In this document: in pieces, positions 1 to 11,424 of the stretch
Layout of the letters: every line of letters starts with the position of its first letter
Position numbering within the stretch: the first letter of the stretch is position 1
Source: Podarcis tiliguerta
Lineage: Eukaryota
DNA length: 64,000 bases
Assembly (NCBI GenBank): GCA_965153285.1
Contig: OZ229125.1
Strand: one strand, 5' to 3'
The notes under the pieces: generated by a model
Seen by the model: only the letters and a program-made list of their open reading frames with translations
Told to the model about the DNA's origin: nothing
Databases searched by the model: none
Translations under genes and position numbers: made by a program

Positions 1-144
1 TTTTTGCTTATAAAACCCTGTATAAAGTATGGTGCAGAATGACAGCACAACACATACATACAACAAATCCAGGAGTGATTGCATAAATTATCTCCATGCT
101 TTGGTTCTGAAAGAACAGGAAAAACTTTACAAGTCTGGTTTCAG

Positions 145-152
145 AAGGATAC
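145..152 (-). other. U12-type (minor spliceosome) 5' splice site of GTF2H3 intron 5
   Basis: Exon 5 ends ...ATTTGCT|GTATCCTTCT, an exact match to the U12 donor consensus |RTATCCTT. Confidence 0.88.
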
Positions 153-3100
153 AGCAAATTGCTTTAGCAAGAGATCCTGCCAGTAATGATTCAGTCTGCT
201 GCCCTCTTATTTCAGCTGCCACAAAAGAGAAATCACAGACACAAACACAACACACAGACAAAATGAGTACATGGTTTGGTATTTCTTGGCTTTATTGTGT
301 TAATTGCACATTATGCTTTAACTACAGGTAGTTGTTTATGATGATGAAAACCTATTAACCATTTGCTGTGGATTTCCTTCCCACATGGAAATTAGACTTG
401 AAAGAAGGATTCTATTGTAGCTTATAGAACAGGTTGTGTTGTGTGCCTGGTTCTGGTATGTGTGCAGTGCCCACAAGGTTCTCTACTATGCAAATGTGCC
501 CACAAGCCTGAAAAGGTTGGTGCCTTCTGTTCTAGGGAATAATTCAAAGGCACATGAGACCACTCCTTTGCTGAAGCTAAGCATGTCTGGGTCTGGTAGT
601 CAGTGCCTGGATGGGAGACTGCCTGGGAAAGGAGATCTAAAATGTTAGAAACTAAAGAAAGAAATGTATAGTGCAGGGGTTCTCAAAGGGTGTGTCAGAA
701 CAGAATGGCAAGTGTGGCAGAAAGATTCAAGGACAATCAAAGAAACATTTAAACATTTCAGTGCAGTATAGTATCAAAATGATTTTTTTATTTGCAGAAT
801 AAGGATAGGTATCTATTTAAAATGAGAGAAAGAGCATCAAGTGATACTGAGGACAATCCTGGTTGTGATCCAGAATCGCAGTTCAAACAGAGTGCTGGAC
901 AAGACTCATTTATACCTTGGGAGTGATTTCTGTTCTTATAAAGCTGCATTGTTTTATACTTCCTGGATGCACCATTTTCATACGCCATTTTGTTCTATGT
1001 CATAAATCAGGCACTGCTAGGAGTTGTTTCTTCTTGTTTTCTTATTAATTAAAAACATTTTTTTCCGGAAAGTGTGGCCCAAAGAAAAAAGTTTGAGAAC
1101 CACTAGTATAGCCATTTAAATCACACATGGTATTTGCAGTGTAGGCATCTCTCAAGACTAAGTAAGAGCAGGTGGCAATTGTCTGTGTCAACTTGGGTGG
1201 AGGGAACAGCCACGAAGCAAAAAGAGAAAGTGGATAATGGGTCTGCATCCAAGCCTGTAGGCCTCCAGATGTTACGTCCTGACCATTGACCACACTGACT
1301 GGGGCTGATTGGAGCTGAACAACATCTGGAGGCCCCAAGTTCTCCATCCCTTACATAAAGCAAAACTGCCTTTCATAGTAATGCATTCTAAGGGAAGTCA
1401 ACCCTCCACCTGGTCATAGGGTTAAATGGTTTAGGGAAAAAGTAAGTAGGAAACACAGAGGCTGTGGAACAAAGCAAAGCAAACCAGCTTCTCATCTTAC
1501 TGTTAGTCATAAGGTCCTTGATCTCTTCTGCAATAGTTTCATTTATTGTTGTTAACAACTCATATTTTCCATCCTTGCTGCCAGATATATTAGATTCACC
1601 AAAGAGATCAGCTGGTGCCCAATGTTTTCCAGGGTAGAGAAAACGACTAAGAGAAATTGAAGTTGTATTAACATAATTGCCATAACTAACTTAATTGCCA
1701 CAATATGAAGCATCAGACAACATTCAGCATTAAAGACAAGGTGAAAAGTAAAAAGAAAACGTGCATGATTTTGTTCCTACTGATTTCTATCATACACTTC
1801 AGCATATAAAATGCTTTAGAGTTCAGTTCTCATTTATTTTCACAGCAACATTGTGAGGTCGGTAAGGCCCCCTTTGCCCTTTGCTCACCTGGCTACAAGC
1901 CTCTAGGTGAGCAATCACTGCCTTGCTGGATCATTCACATGCTCACCTGGCGCAAGTCCAAATACATGAATCATCTTTCTGGGTCAGACAAAAAATTCAT
2001 CGTTGTCAGCACTGTTTCCAAAGAACAGCCAGTTTGATATCTTCTGTGAGGCTCCAAAGAAGAGTAAGTCTGAGATCCAGCCATCCCACCACTGTGTAAC
2101 TTCAGAATCTGATATGCTGCTATTTGAATTTCACCCACCAAAGCCTCTTCCTAGCCTAGTCTATCCACAGCTCTCTTTCCAAATGCCTGACCATTAAAAA
2201 GCTACAACCATCCAAAAAGCTACAATACCTTTCCTGTATATGACTGGCTATCACAGCCAGTTTGTTGTTGCGGTTCATAAATAAGTGCGAGTTTCCCAAC
2301 ACCATGGCTGCATCGAGGCATTTTGATAATGTAAGCTGTGGGTAAAAGCAGGGGAGAATTATTAAACACCACAAAGATTTAAAATGGGAAATTAAATTTG
2401 TGAACATCTCATCAAACTGTACTTATGTTGGGCCTTGACAACTGCCCAACAATGCTGACACCTGGGGCTGGCTCTGCACTGAACACAGCACATTAGCACA
2501 CTGAATTAGCACATTATCAGTCCAGTTCTAACTACAACGGACATAGGACCACGCACTTAATTGGAAGTTCTTCAGACTCACAGGAACATTTATTTAGTAT
2601 CAATGCTGAAGACTTCAATCTAGATTATAATGCATCCAAATTAGTGTTGCTGTTATTGTTTTTAAAAAAGGACAGAAAATCAATGATCCTGGCATAGGTT
2701 TCACATATAACGGGAAAGTCTTACCTCTGAGCCTCCTAATGCCTGCTTTCCCCACCAAATAGGGTTAGTGTCAACAACAATGACTAAGAGGTTCAGCTCA
2801 TCATCTGGAAAAAAATAATGAAATATCAGCCCCCAAAACTGTGAAAACATTAGCTGACAGTTTCCCAGCTCTGTAGGAGGATTGAAATTTACAGTCTTAT
2901 GTCCAATTTGTTTGTTGCTGTCTCTTAATGATCTACAGAAGGTGCAAGGAACCATTGGCCCTCCAGATGCTGTGGGCCTGCAACTCCCATTATCATTACA
3001 GTGGTGCCTCGCAAGACGAAAAGAATCCGTTCCGCGAGTCTTTTCGTCTTGCGGTTTTTTCGTCTTGCGAAGCAAGCCCATTGGCGGATTAGCGCTATTA

Positions 3101-4582
3101 GCGCTATTGACAATTTAAGGGCTAAAAACGGCTTTTTAAGGCTTAAGGGATTAGCGGTTTTGCTGCTAAAATGCTTTTAGCAGCTTAGCGCTTCAGAAAA
3201 AGGGGTTTTGGAGCGGGAAAAAAATTCAAAATTTTTCGTCAATTTTCGTCTTGCGAAGCAAGCCCATAGGGAAATTCGTCTTGCGAAGCGCCTCTGCAAA
3301 CGGAAAACCCTTTCGTCTTGCGGGTTTTCCGTCTTGCGAGGCATTCGTCTTGCGGGGCACCACTGTATTGGCCCTGTTGACTGGGCTTGGTCAAAACTGG
3401 AGTTCAACAAAATCTGGAGGAACACAGCTCCCCCCCCCCCAATCTACAGGCAGAAGAAAGGAGATTCCAACTAAACATCAGGAAAAACTTTCTGATGGTA
3501 AGAGATGTACAACAGTAGAACAGACTCCCTCAGAAGGTGGTGGCCTCTCATTCTTTGGAGGTTTTTAAGCAGAGAGCAGATGGATACTTTAGCTGAGATT
3601 CCTGCATTGCAGGGTCTTGGATTAATGACCTTCAGGGTCCCTTCCAAATCTACAATTCTATGAGTCTACATCTATCCACAGAGGTGCTATAACAGCAGGC
3701 CTGCTCGGTGTGTAAAGCTTCCAGTGTCTTTTTAAATAGATACAGCAGCAACCCTTGGGAGTTACATTTCTTTCTTTCTTTCTGAATACTGTAGTGTTGA
3801 TGGGAACCAAGTGTATGTAACCTTGAGCTCTATGATGAAAAACAGGTGGGATATAATTGTAAGAAAATAAAAGAAAATCTTTGTAATAGCTCTTTGAGTT
3901 AAATACTATTATTTTCATTTTACGGATAGGAAATGTAAGCAAATGTGTAGGCAGTTGGCACCTGTCTGTCTCTGGAGGCAATGGAGGGGTGCCAAGCAAA
4001 CAAAATTTTACTAGGCCTAAAAGCCAAAGAAAGTTGCCAGAAAAGGAAGAGGTGTGGGGGAGGGGAGAGTGAAAGTGGAGGAGAGAAAGCTGTAAGCAAT
4101 TATTTTGCTCCAGTTAGCACAAATGCTGTTAACATGCAAATGAAAGCTGATCTCTGTGTGTGTGGAGATACGTTTGTGCGTTTCAGCGAGTGTTTAGTAG
4201 CCTACGTTTACACCTGAATCCGAAGGAGGGGTGGAAATTGTGCTAAGCAGTGATTGCTTAGACCCCATTTTAAATGCAGTTTTCTTTTTTAAAAAAAGAG
4301 GGGGAGGAGTTCTGCGCATATTTAAGGACCAGGAAAAACACTCAGCACATGCTCAGCTGCAGCCACACCACAGAACCAGAACTTAAAACACACAGAGAGA
4401 GGAGCAACCTGACAGCCACGCGTGCGAGACTCCCTCCCTCCCTCCCTCCGGGCTAACGCAACAGGAGCCCGCGGAAGGAGCCAGAATCGCCCCGCCGATC
4501 CTTCCCCGCCCCGTTTTTGCCTGAAATCCCGGGGCAGCGGCGGGGAGGCGACGCCAGGCGCCGCGGACTCACCTCCGCTCAT
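153..4582 (-). CDS. GTF2H3: TFIIH subunit p34, 5' part (coding exons 1-5; gene continues left of the window)
   Basis: Exons 4582-4573, 2804-2725, 2335-2229, 1646-1501, 215-153 splice in frame to [73 protein letters not shown]...SKDGKYELL...[13 protein letters not shown], recognisably the p34/Tfb4 N-terminus. Head-to-head with EIF2B1 as in human. Confidence 0.96.
2999..3365. mobile_element. Tc1/mariner-pogo(Tigger)-like MITE, family A, copy 1
   Basis: TIR CAGTGGTGCCYCGCAAGACGAA, TA TSD, inserted inside a hairpin hAT-type MITE. Confidence 0.85.
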
Positions 4583-4821
4583 ATCGCCCCGCAGCAGGGA
4601 CAGGCAGGCAGACTTCCGTCGCTCGAGAATGAGGTCACGCGAGCTTCTGGCGCGTCATCTCGACGTCACTTTTCCCCCTTTCCCTCCCTCTTCCCCGGAA
4701 GTAACTGCAGCGTGGAAAGGTTTCCGGCGAGGCCAAGCGGCGCGGCGCCGAAGGTTCCGCCCAAGGGGCAGCGTGGATCGGGAGAGCAGCTGGGAAGGTT
4801 CGGGTGACATTTTCTCCTACC
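4583..4821. promoter_or_regulatory. Bidirectional CpG-island promoter of GTF2H3 and EIF2B1
   Basis: Only 239 bp separate the two divergent ATGs. CpG-rich, with ETS/GABP-like CCGGAAGT (~4695) and ACTTCCG, and a CRE-like GACGTCAC (~4662). Confidence 0.85.
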
Positions 4822-4869
4822 ATGAACGAAGCAGGTAAGGCAGTGAGTGTTGCGCGCTGCAGCTGGTCA

Positions 4870-4905
<36 letters not shown>

Positions 4906-7900
4906 TATTACCGTTGTTGTTTCGGTTTTCTAGAGTAGGTCCCCAACTCTGTCATCAAAACAGCAACAATAGGAGGAGATTCCCATCAGTGGCCAAATAA
5001 ATTTCTGTTTTATATATGTGTGTGTTAGATGGAAACAGAATAATATTAAATTGTTTACTGTCAGATATAAACCCATGTTGGTGTTAGCAACAACAACCGC
5101 GTGTGAAAATGGCCACTGTTGGTACTGTAATTACCTTGTATGCATTTCTTTTCCTTCTGACTCCGCTTTTATCAGTTCCACAAACACACACCTGCATCTC
5201 GGGACAACATCTCTTGAAGAGTATATAGACCACAAAAGTTCGCAAAAGTCATAATAAGTGTGTTAACCTTTATGGTGTCACAAAGCTCCCACCTCATAAA
5301 TGTTATGATTCTGCACTAAATGCAGCTTCCGGATCAAGCCCGAAGGGAGCCCTTCTTTTAACCAGATCAGAATGCTGGTCTTGCTCGTTGATCCTTTTGA
5401 CTGGAGATTCTGAGGATTGAATCTGGAACCTTTTTCATAAGATGCAAGGGCTCTGCTGCATAGCTACCTTCTTGTAAAATGTTGTGTCGATTATCATAAT
5501 TATTGGATCTCTTAATAAAAGCAACTGTGACTGTTTGTGGAGATTCCAAAGCTGACCATTTAAACGACCATTGCAATGAATTTGTAATAACTGAAAGCAC
5601 AGCTAGTTTGTGAAGTGTGAAAGCAGAACCTCAGTGACTCTCCCCTTTTTCCATCCTTCCCCATATCTTCTTTTCAGAGCTGGTTGAAGCTTTTAAAACC
5701 AAGATTACACAGGAGCCAGATGTTGCCTCTGCTGTGGCAGCCATCAATGTCTTGTTGGAGTTCTTGAAGAGGGACAAAGGCACGTAAGGGAATCCGATTG
5801 GGTGGGCTGAGCTGTGGAGCTACCAGTTTGCACCTGGTTTTCCGGGAACTTTTGATTTATAGTAAAACTTGCTGCCACCTTGCTGAGTTCAAGATGCTGG
5901 TTTTGGTGTATAAAGCCTTATACAGCTTGCAGCCAGGATACCTGAATACCCCTTATATACGCAGTCAGCCATTGTGTTCTGCTGGTGAGAGCCTCTTGCA
6001 GACGCCATCTCATCAGGAGGCTTGTTCTGCAGAATGTAGGAATCAGGCCTTTTAGTATTGTGGTTCCTTCCCTTTGGAATTCCCTCCTTTTAATATTAGA
6101 CATGTACTATCTCTGTTCAGTACCTACTGAAGACGTCCTCTTTCAACAAGTTTTTTAATTGGAGTTCTTGTTCCAGTGTGCATATGTACTGGAATTGTTT
6201 TTAATATGCTTTAAATATGTCTTTCATTCTTTATCACTTGTTATTTGCTGCCCTGGGAGGAAGGGCTGGATATAAACTTAACAAATAAGTAGATCCTGTA
6301 AGCTATAAGCCTGCGCACCCCTGGACAATGCTGTCATTGGGCCTTTAGTAACTTACTCTCTCCCTCTTTCTGTCAAGGTGAGACAATTCAAGGGTTGAGA
6401 GCAAACCTCAAACATGCAATAGAAATTCTCTCTGGTGTTGACTCTTCAGTTGCTGTCTCTTCTGGGGGAGAGCTCTTCTTAAGATTCATCAGCCTCACGT
6501 CTTTGGAGAATCCAGTAAGTTTCACTTAGCTTTTCATAAAGGGTGGCAACTGTTTGATAGTAGTCTTCTTTACACCGTTGCTGATTTTTAGATGAAGGCA
6601 ATACAGAGCAGGACCACAAGAGCTGCAATGAAACACGTTTACCTTGAGTACTCAGGGACTGCCTCTCCCCATATGAACTGACCCAGACCCTGCAATCATC
6701 ATCTGAGGCCTTTATTTCTGTGCCACCTCCACAAGAGGTCCAGAGGGCAGCAACACAATAACAGGCCTTTTCTGTGGTGACTCCACGTTTGTGGAATGCA
6801 CTCCCTAGGGAGGCTCACTTGGCACCTTGGTTACATATCTTTAGGAGCCAGGTGAAAACTTTCCTCTTTCCCAGGCCTTTGGCTAATTGAGCAATGTTTG
6901 GCCTTTTAAACTCTGGCAGGTATTGTTTTCGTTTGTTCCTATGTTACGTATTTTTGTGTTTTTACATTGTAAACTGCCCTGTGATCCTTGGATGAAAGGC
7001 AGTATAGAAATCAAATAAATAAATAGTTACTTCTTTGCTATGATCTGGAACCAGTTTTAAATATCAGGGACCAGCGCTGGAACAAATCATGTGCTGGTAA
7101 CAGTGAAAGAGGACTCTGTAGCATTTCCAAAGTTTGTATATCGCTCTGTGCACCTCAGAAGACTCAGAGGATGTCTTTAGCACTTTTTCTGTCTCTCTCT
7201 TTTTAAAAAAAAGCTAAGCCAGTCTTGGAAATAAGCCTATAGAAGCTACTAGCCTGCACCAAACAAAAAAACAGCAGAGGGCTGACAGGAGGAGAATAAA
7301 TAAATCAAGTTAATAATAAATTTCTGTGCTGGTTGTAGAGGGATGATAGGATCCTTCCTTCTTCTGCTAGCTGGCTCAATATCTTGCATGCATGCAATTC
7401 CTTATCACCTGTGGCTACCAAGCAGTTGCTTATAAACAAAGTTGTGCTAAGCATGATACCTAGGGCATGCTCTAGTTTATTTCACTAGTTATTTTTTCTT
7501 TCTTTTTCCAACTGATATAATTATAGAAACAGTACAAATTACATAATGCATATCTAGACATGTTAAACAGTTCACTTAGAAATTATACAGAATAAGAAAC
7601 TATATTGTTGTGCTATCTTACATATAACAGTAAAGTGCTAATATGGATTATTATGTGCTGCTTTTTCCAGGACTATTCCAAATGCAAAGATATCATGATT
7701 CAGAGAGGGAAGCTTTTCCTCGCTCGAACCTCTAATTCAAGGAGCAAAATTGCCGAACTTTGCCACACTTTTGTCAAAGATGGTGGGGTAAGTGAGCTTG
7801 GGTCATATTAGGGCAAAGAAATAGAGTGAAATGTCATGTGCGTATCCCACAGATGCTCCATGTGTGCAGAAACTGATTCTGGGCAGAAAACATTGTATCC

Positions 7901-10900
7901 TATGAATCTCTGAGCTAAGCCAGGCATGGAATCATAGAATGGAAAAGACCCTGGAGGTCCTCCAGCCCTGCCTCCCACTCAGGGAAGCATCTGCAATGCA
8001 GGATGCAACTTTGCTATATAACTAGCCAGACTAACTAACCATCCAGCCTCTGCTTTAAACTCTCCAATGAAGGAGAGAGTCCACCTCCTCCTGAGGTTGT
8101 CTGCTCCACCGTCAAACCGCTCTTAATGTCAGAAAGTTCTTTCATTGCAGGGGGTTGGACTAGATGATCCTTGGGGTCCCTTCCAACTCTACGATAATAT
8201 GATTCTGTGACAGTGACTATTCACAGAGTTGGCGCCAGAGGCTGGGCATTTCGTACCTACGGGACCGCCTCTCCTGGTATGCCCCACGGAGAGTCTCAAG
8301 GTCCATAAATAACAACACCCTAGTGGTCCCAGGCCCTAAGGAAGTTAGATTGGCTTCAACCAGAGCCAGGGCCTTTTCAACTCTGGCTCCGGCCTGGTGG
8401 AACGCTCTGCCTCATGAGACCAGGGCCCTGCAGGATCTGATTTCTTTCCGCAGGGCCTGTAAGACAGAGTTGTTCCGCCTGGCCTTTGGCTTGGAGCCAA
8501 TTTGATTCCCTCCCTCCCTCTCTTTCTTTTCTCTTTTCCTTCTCCTCCTGCAATGAGGCTACATTTTAATATTTTAATGTTCCATTATTTTAATGTTGTA
8601 TTTTACTTTTGTTTTTAAGTTGTAATCATTCATCTTGTTTTTATTATTGCTTGTAAGCCGCTCTGAGCCCGGCCTTGGCTGGGGAGGGCGGGGTATTATA
8701 TATATATATATGCAGGTTTTGGTGTCTTCGGGTGTCTTCCCGTGTAAAAGTTGGGGTGTCTAGGCGACGTTTCGACGAGGTCTCACTCGTCATCTTCAGG
8801 CTGGTGCTTTCGGCTTCTTGTTACTGGAACAGAGCAGGATCTCAGTGTTTGAGTTCCTATAAATACTGTTGAGGAGGTGTGGTGTATAGCCTCCAATGTT
8901 CTGGGCAGAGAGGAGGTTCCCAGGCTAGTGTGCCTTTTCTTCTTTTGTTCCTTAATTACTTGAGGGATATCTTGAGTGATTTCTTGAGTGATTTCCTGAA
9001 TCCCACTTAGGTGGGTCATTAGGTGTGGATTAGTTGCTAAAGCCTTCGTGTCTTGAACTCTTGAACTTTGTGAAGAGTTTTTCTGAGAAGATGGCTGTAC
9101 TGCAAATCTACGAAAGCAAATATATATATATATATATATATTATTATTATTATTTGCCAGGGCCCCAAGGCCAGAAGAGGGTCCACTGCCCTAGCATAAG
9201 CTGTCTTGTCACAGAGCCCATTCCCAAGTTTTGCATTCATGGCTGATGGCTGTCTGTCCTGGATGCTTTAGTTGAGATTCCTGCCTTGCAGGGGGTTGGA
9301 CTAGATGACCCTCAGGATCCCTTCCAACCTCCTGGGTGTTAATATAGCCTGGGCAGAATCTCAAGTGGATTTCCGTGGCACGCTATAAACTGAAGAATCC
9401 TGTGCCTTGCCTCCTCAGAGAATCTTAACTCATGCTTACTCCAAAGTGGTCCTGCGAGTGTTAGAAGCCGCCGTGGAAGCAAAGAAGCGTTTCAGTGTCT
9501 ACATCACGGAATCGCAGCCTGATCAAGCAGGGCAAGTAGATGGGACTTCTCTTTTCTTTATGTTAGGGGCACGAGGCTCTGTGCAAACAGAGGAAGCCGT
9601 TTGGTATCTGTCTTTACCTGGAAAGGTTTACCCCCCTGCGAATTTAGGGGGCTGTCTTCTGCACACTGAACTTGGAAGTAAGTCCCATTGAACACGGTGG
9701 GACATATTTCTGAACAAGCACGCAGCAGATCAGTCTGCAAATTCAGCAGCTGGTAAATCACTTTGATTTAAGAGCAGCCCAAGAATCGACAGGTTTTGGT
9801 GAATGGATTTGCCAACTTTGTTTAGGTTGGGCTTTTGCCGCATGTCCCATGTTTTAAATCCCCCTTTCCTCCCAGGAAATCAGAATAGTATACAAGGTTT
9901 TATTTCCTCCACTCCCCAGAATTTTCTGCCCACAACCACCATGGGAGGTAAGGTAGGCTGAGAGATGGTGACTGGGTCAAAGACCTCACAGTGAGCCACA
10001 TGGTGAGTGGAGATTTGAACCCGGGCCTCTGTGATTACAGTCCAACACTCTACCGTAGTCTTCCCCAACGTGGTGCCCTCCAGGTGTTGGACCAAACTCT
10101 GATCATTCCTAGCAACTGGAGGTTGATGGAAGTTGGAGTCCTACAACATCTTGGAGAACCACCTTGGGAAAGCCTGCTCTAACCACTACACAGCACTGCC
10201 TCTTTTCCTGTTCTGCATGACTAGAGGATTGGGGGGGGGGGGTGGAAAAGAGCCACCTTGCTTTGTGCCAGGCTACAGTGAAGGGAAGAACTAGTGGGAA
10301 AGCAGAAATGTCACCATTGGTGACCAGGGGAATAAATTTGTGGAGCTCCATAGTTTTCTTAATCTCCAGTGGCACAATGTGAAGCATGTCACTTAGAAAT
10401 AAACCCCTCTGAGTTCATTGGGACCCGCTCTCTGGTAAATTTAAGGTAAAGGGACCCCTGACCATTAGGTCCAGTCGTGGCTGACTCTGGGGTTGCGGCG
10501 CTCATCTCGCTTTATTGGCCGAGGGAGCCGGCGTACAGCTTCCAAGTCATGTGGTCAGCAGGACTAAGCCGCTTCTGGCGAACCAGAGCAGCGCACGGAA
10601 ACACCGTTTACCTTCCTGCCAGAGTGGTACCTATTTATCTACTTGCACTTTGATGTGCTTTTGAACTGCTAGGTTGGCAGGAGCAGGGACCGAGCAATGG
10701 GAGCTCACCCCATTGCAGGGATTTGAACTGCCGACCTTCTGATTGGCAAGTCCTAGGCTATGTGGTTTAGACCACAGCACCACCCACGTCCCTCTGGTAA
10801 ATTTGCTGATTTCTTGAAACAACATCCTCAGTGCAAAAGGAGGGGTAGGAGTTGCTGATGATGAGAAGAAAAAGCAATTCTATACCGGGGAGCTCATTTG

Positions 10901-11380
10901 AGAGAGAGAGATTCTGTTAATTTTTAGAACACTGTTTTGAACAAAAAACTATTAATTTTTAAAAAAAAACTATTAACAATTACACAGGCAGAAGATGGCA
11001 AAGGCACTCAGTAAACTTGGCATTCCTGTGACCATCATCCTGGATGCTGCCGTTGGGTAAGTCTGTGTGGCTGGTGCTGCAGCTGGGCTTTGGAAAGGCA
11101 GCTGGACATAGTGACCTGCTGTGAGGGCTGCAGAGGAAGAGAACCGGCTGCATCCTGGTGTTTAAAGGGCTGGTTCTTGCACTAGTAAGCCAAGGTTGGA
11201 GAGGGCCCTGCCTGAAACCCTGGAGAGCTGCTGCCAGTCTGTGTAGACAGTACTGTGCTAGATGGGCCACTGGTGGGACTCGGTATAAGGCAGCTTCCTG
11301 TGTCCCCCTCCTTTCTCTTTGGCTGTTTCACGGCTAGTCTTGTGTTTCTCTCCCAAGTGTAAAACAAGTGGCAAGGGGAG

Positions 11381-11424
<44 letters not shown>

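Noticed and set aside
2999-3365. CRISPR-like or novel repeat array (recurring TTCGTCTTGCG)
   Set aside because: Spacing is irregular, the unit is bounded by TIRs and a TA TSD, and it recurs as dispersed copies in a vertebrate genome: a MITE.
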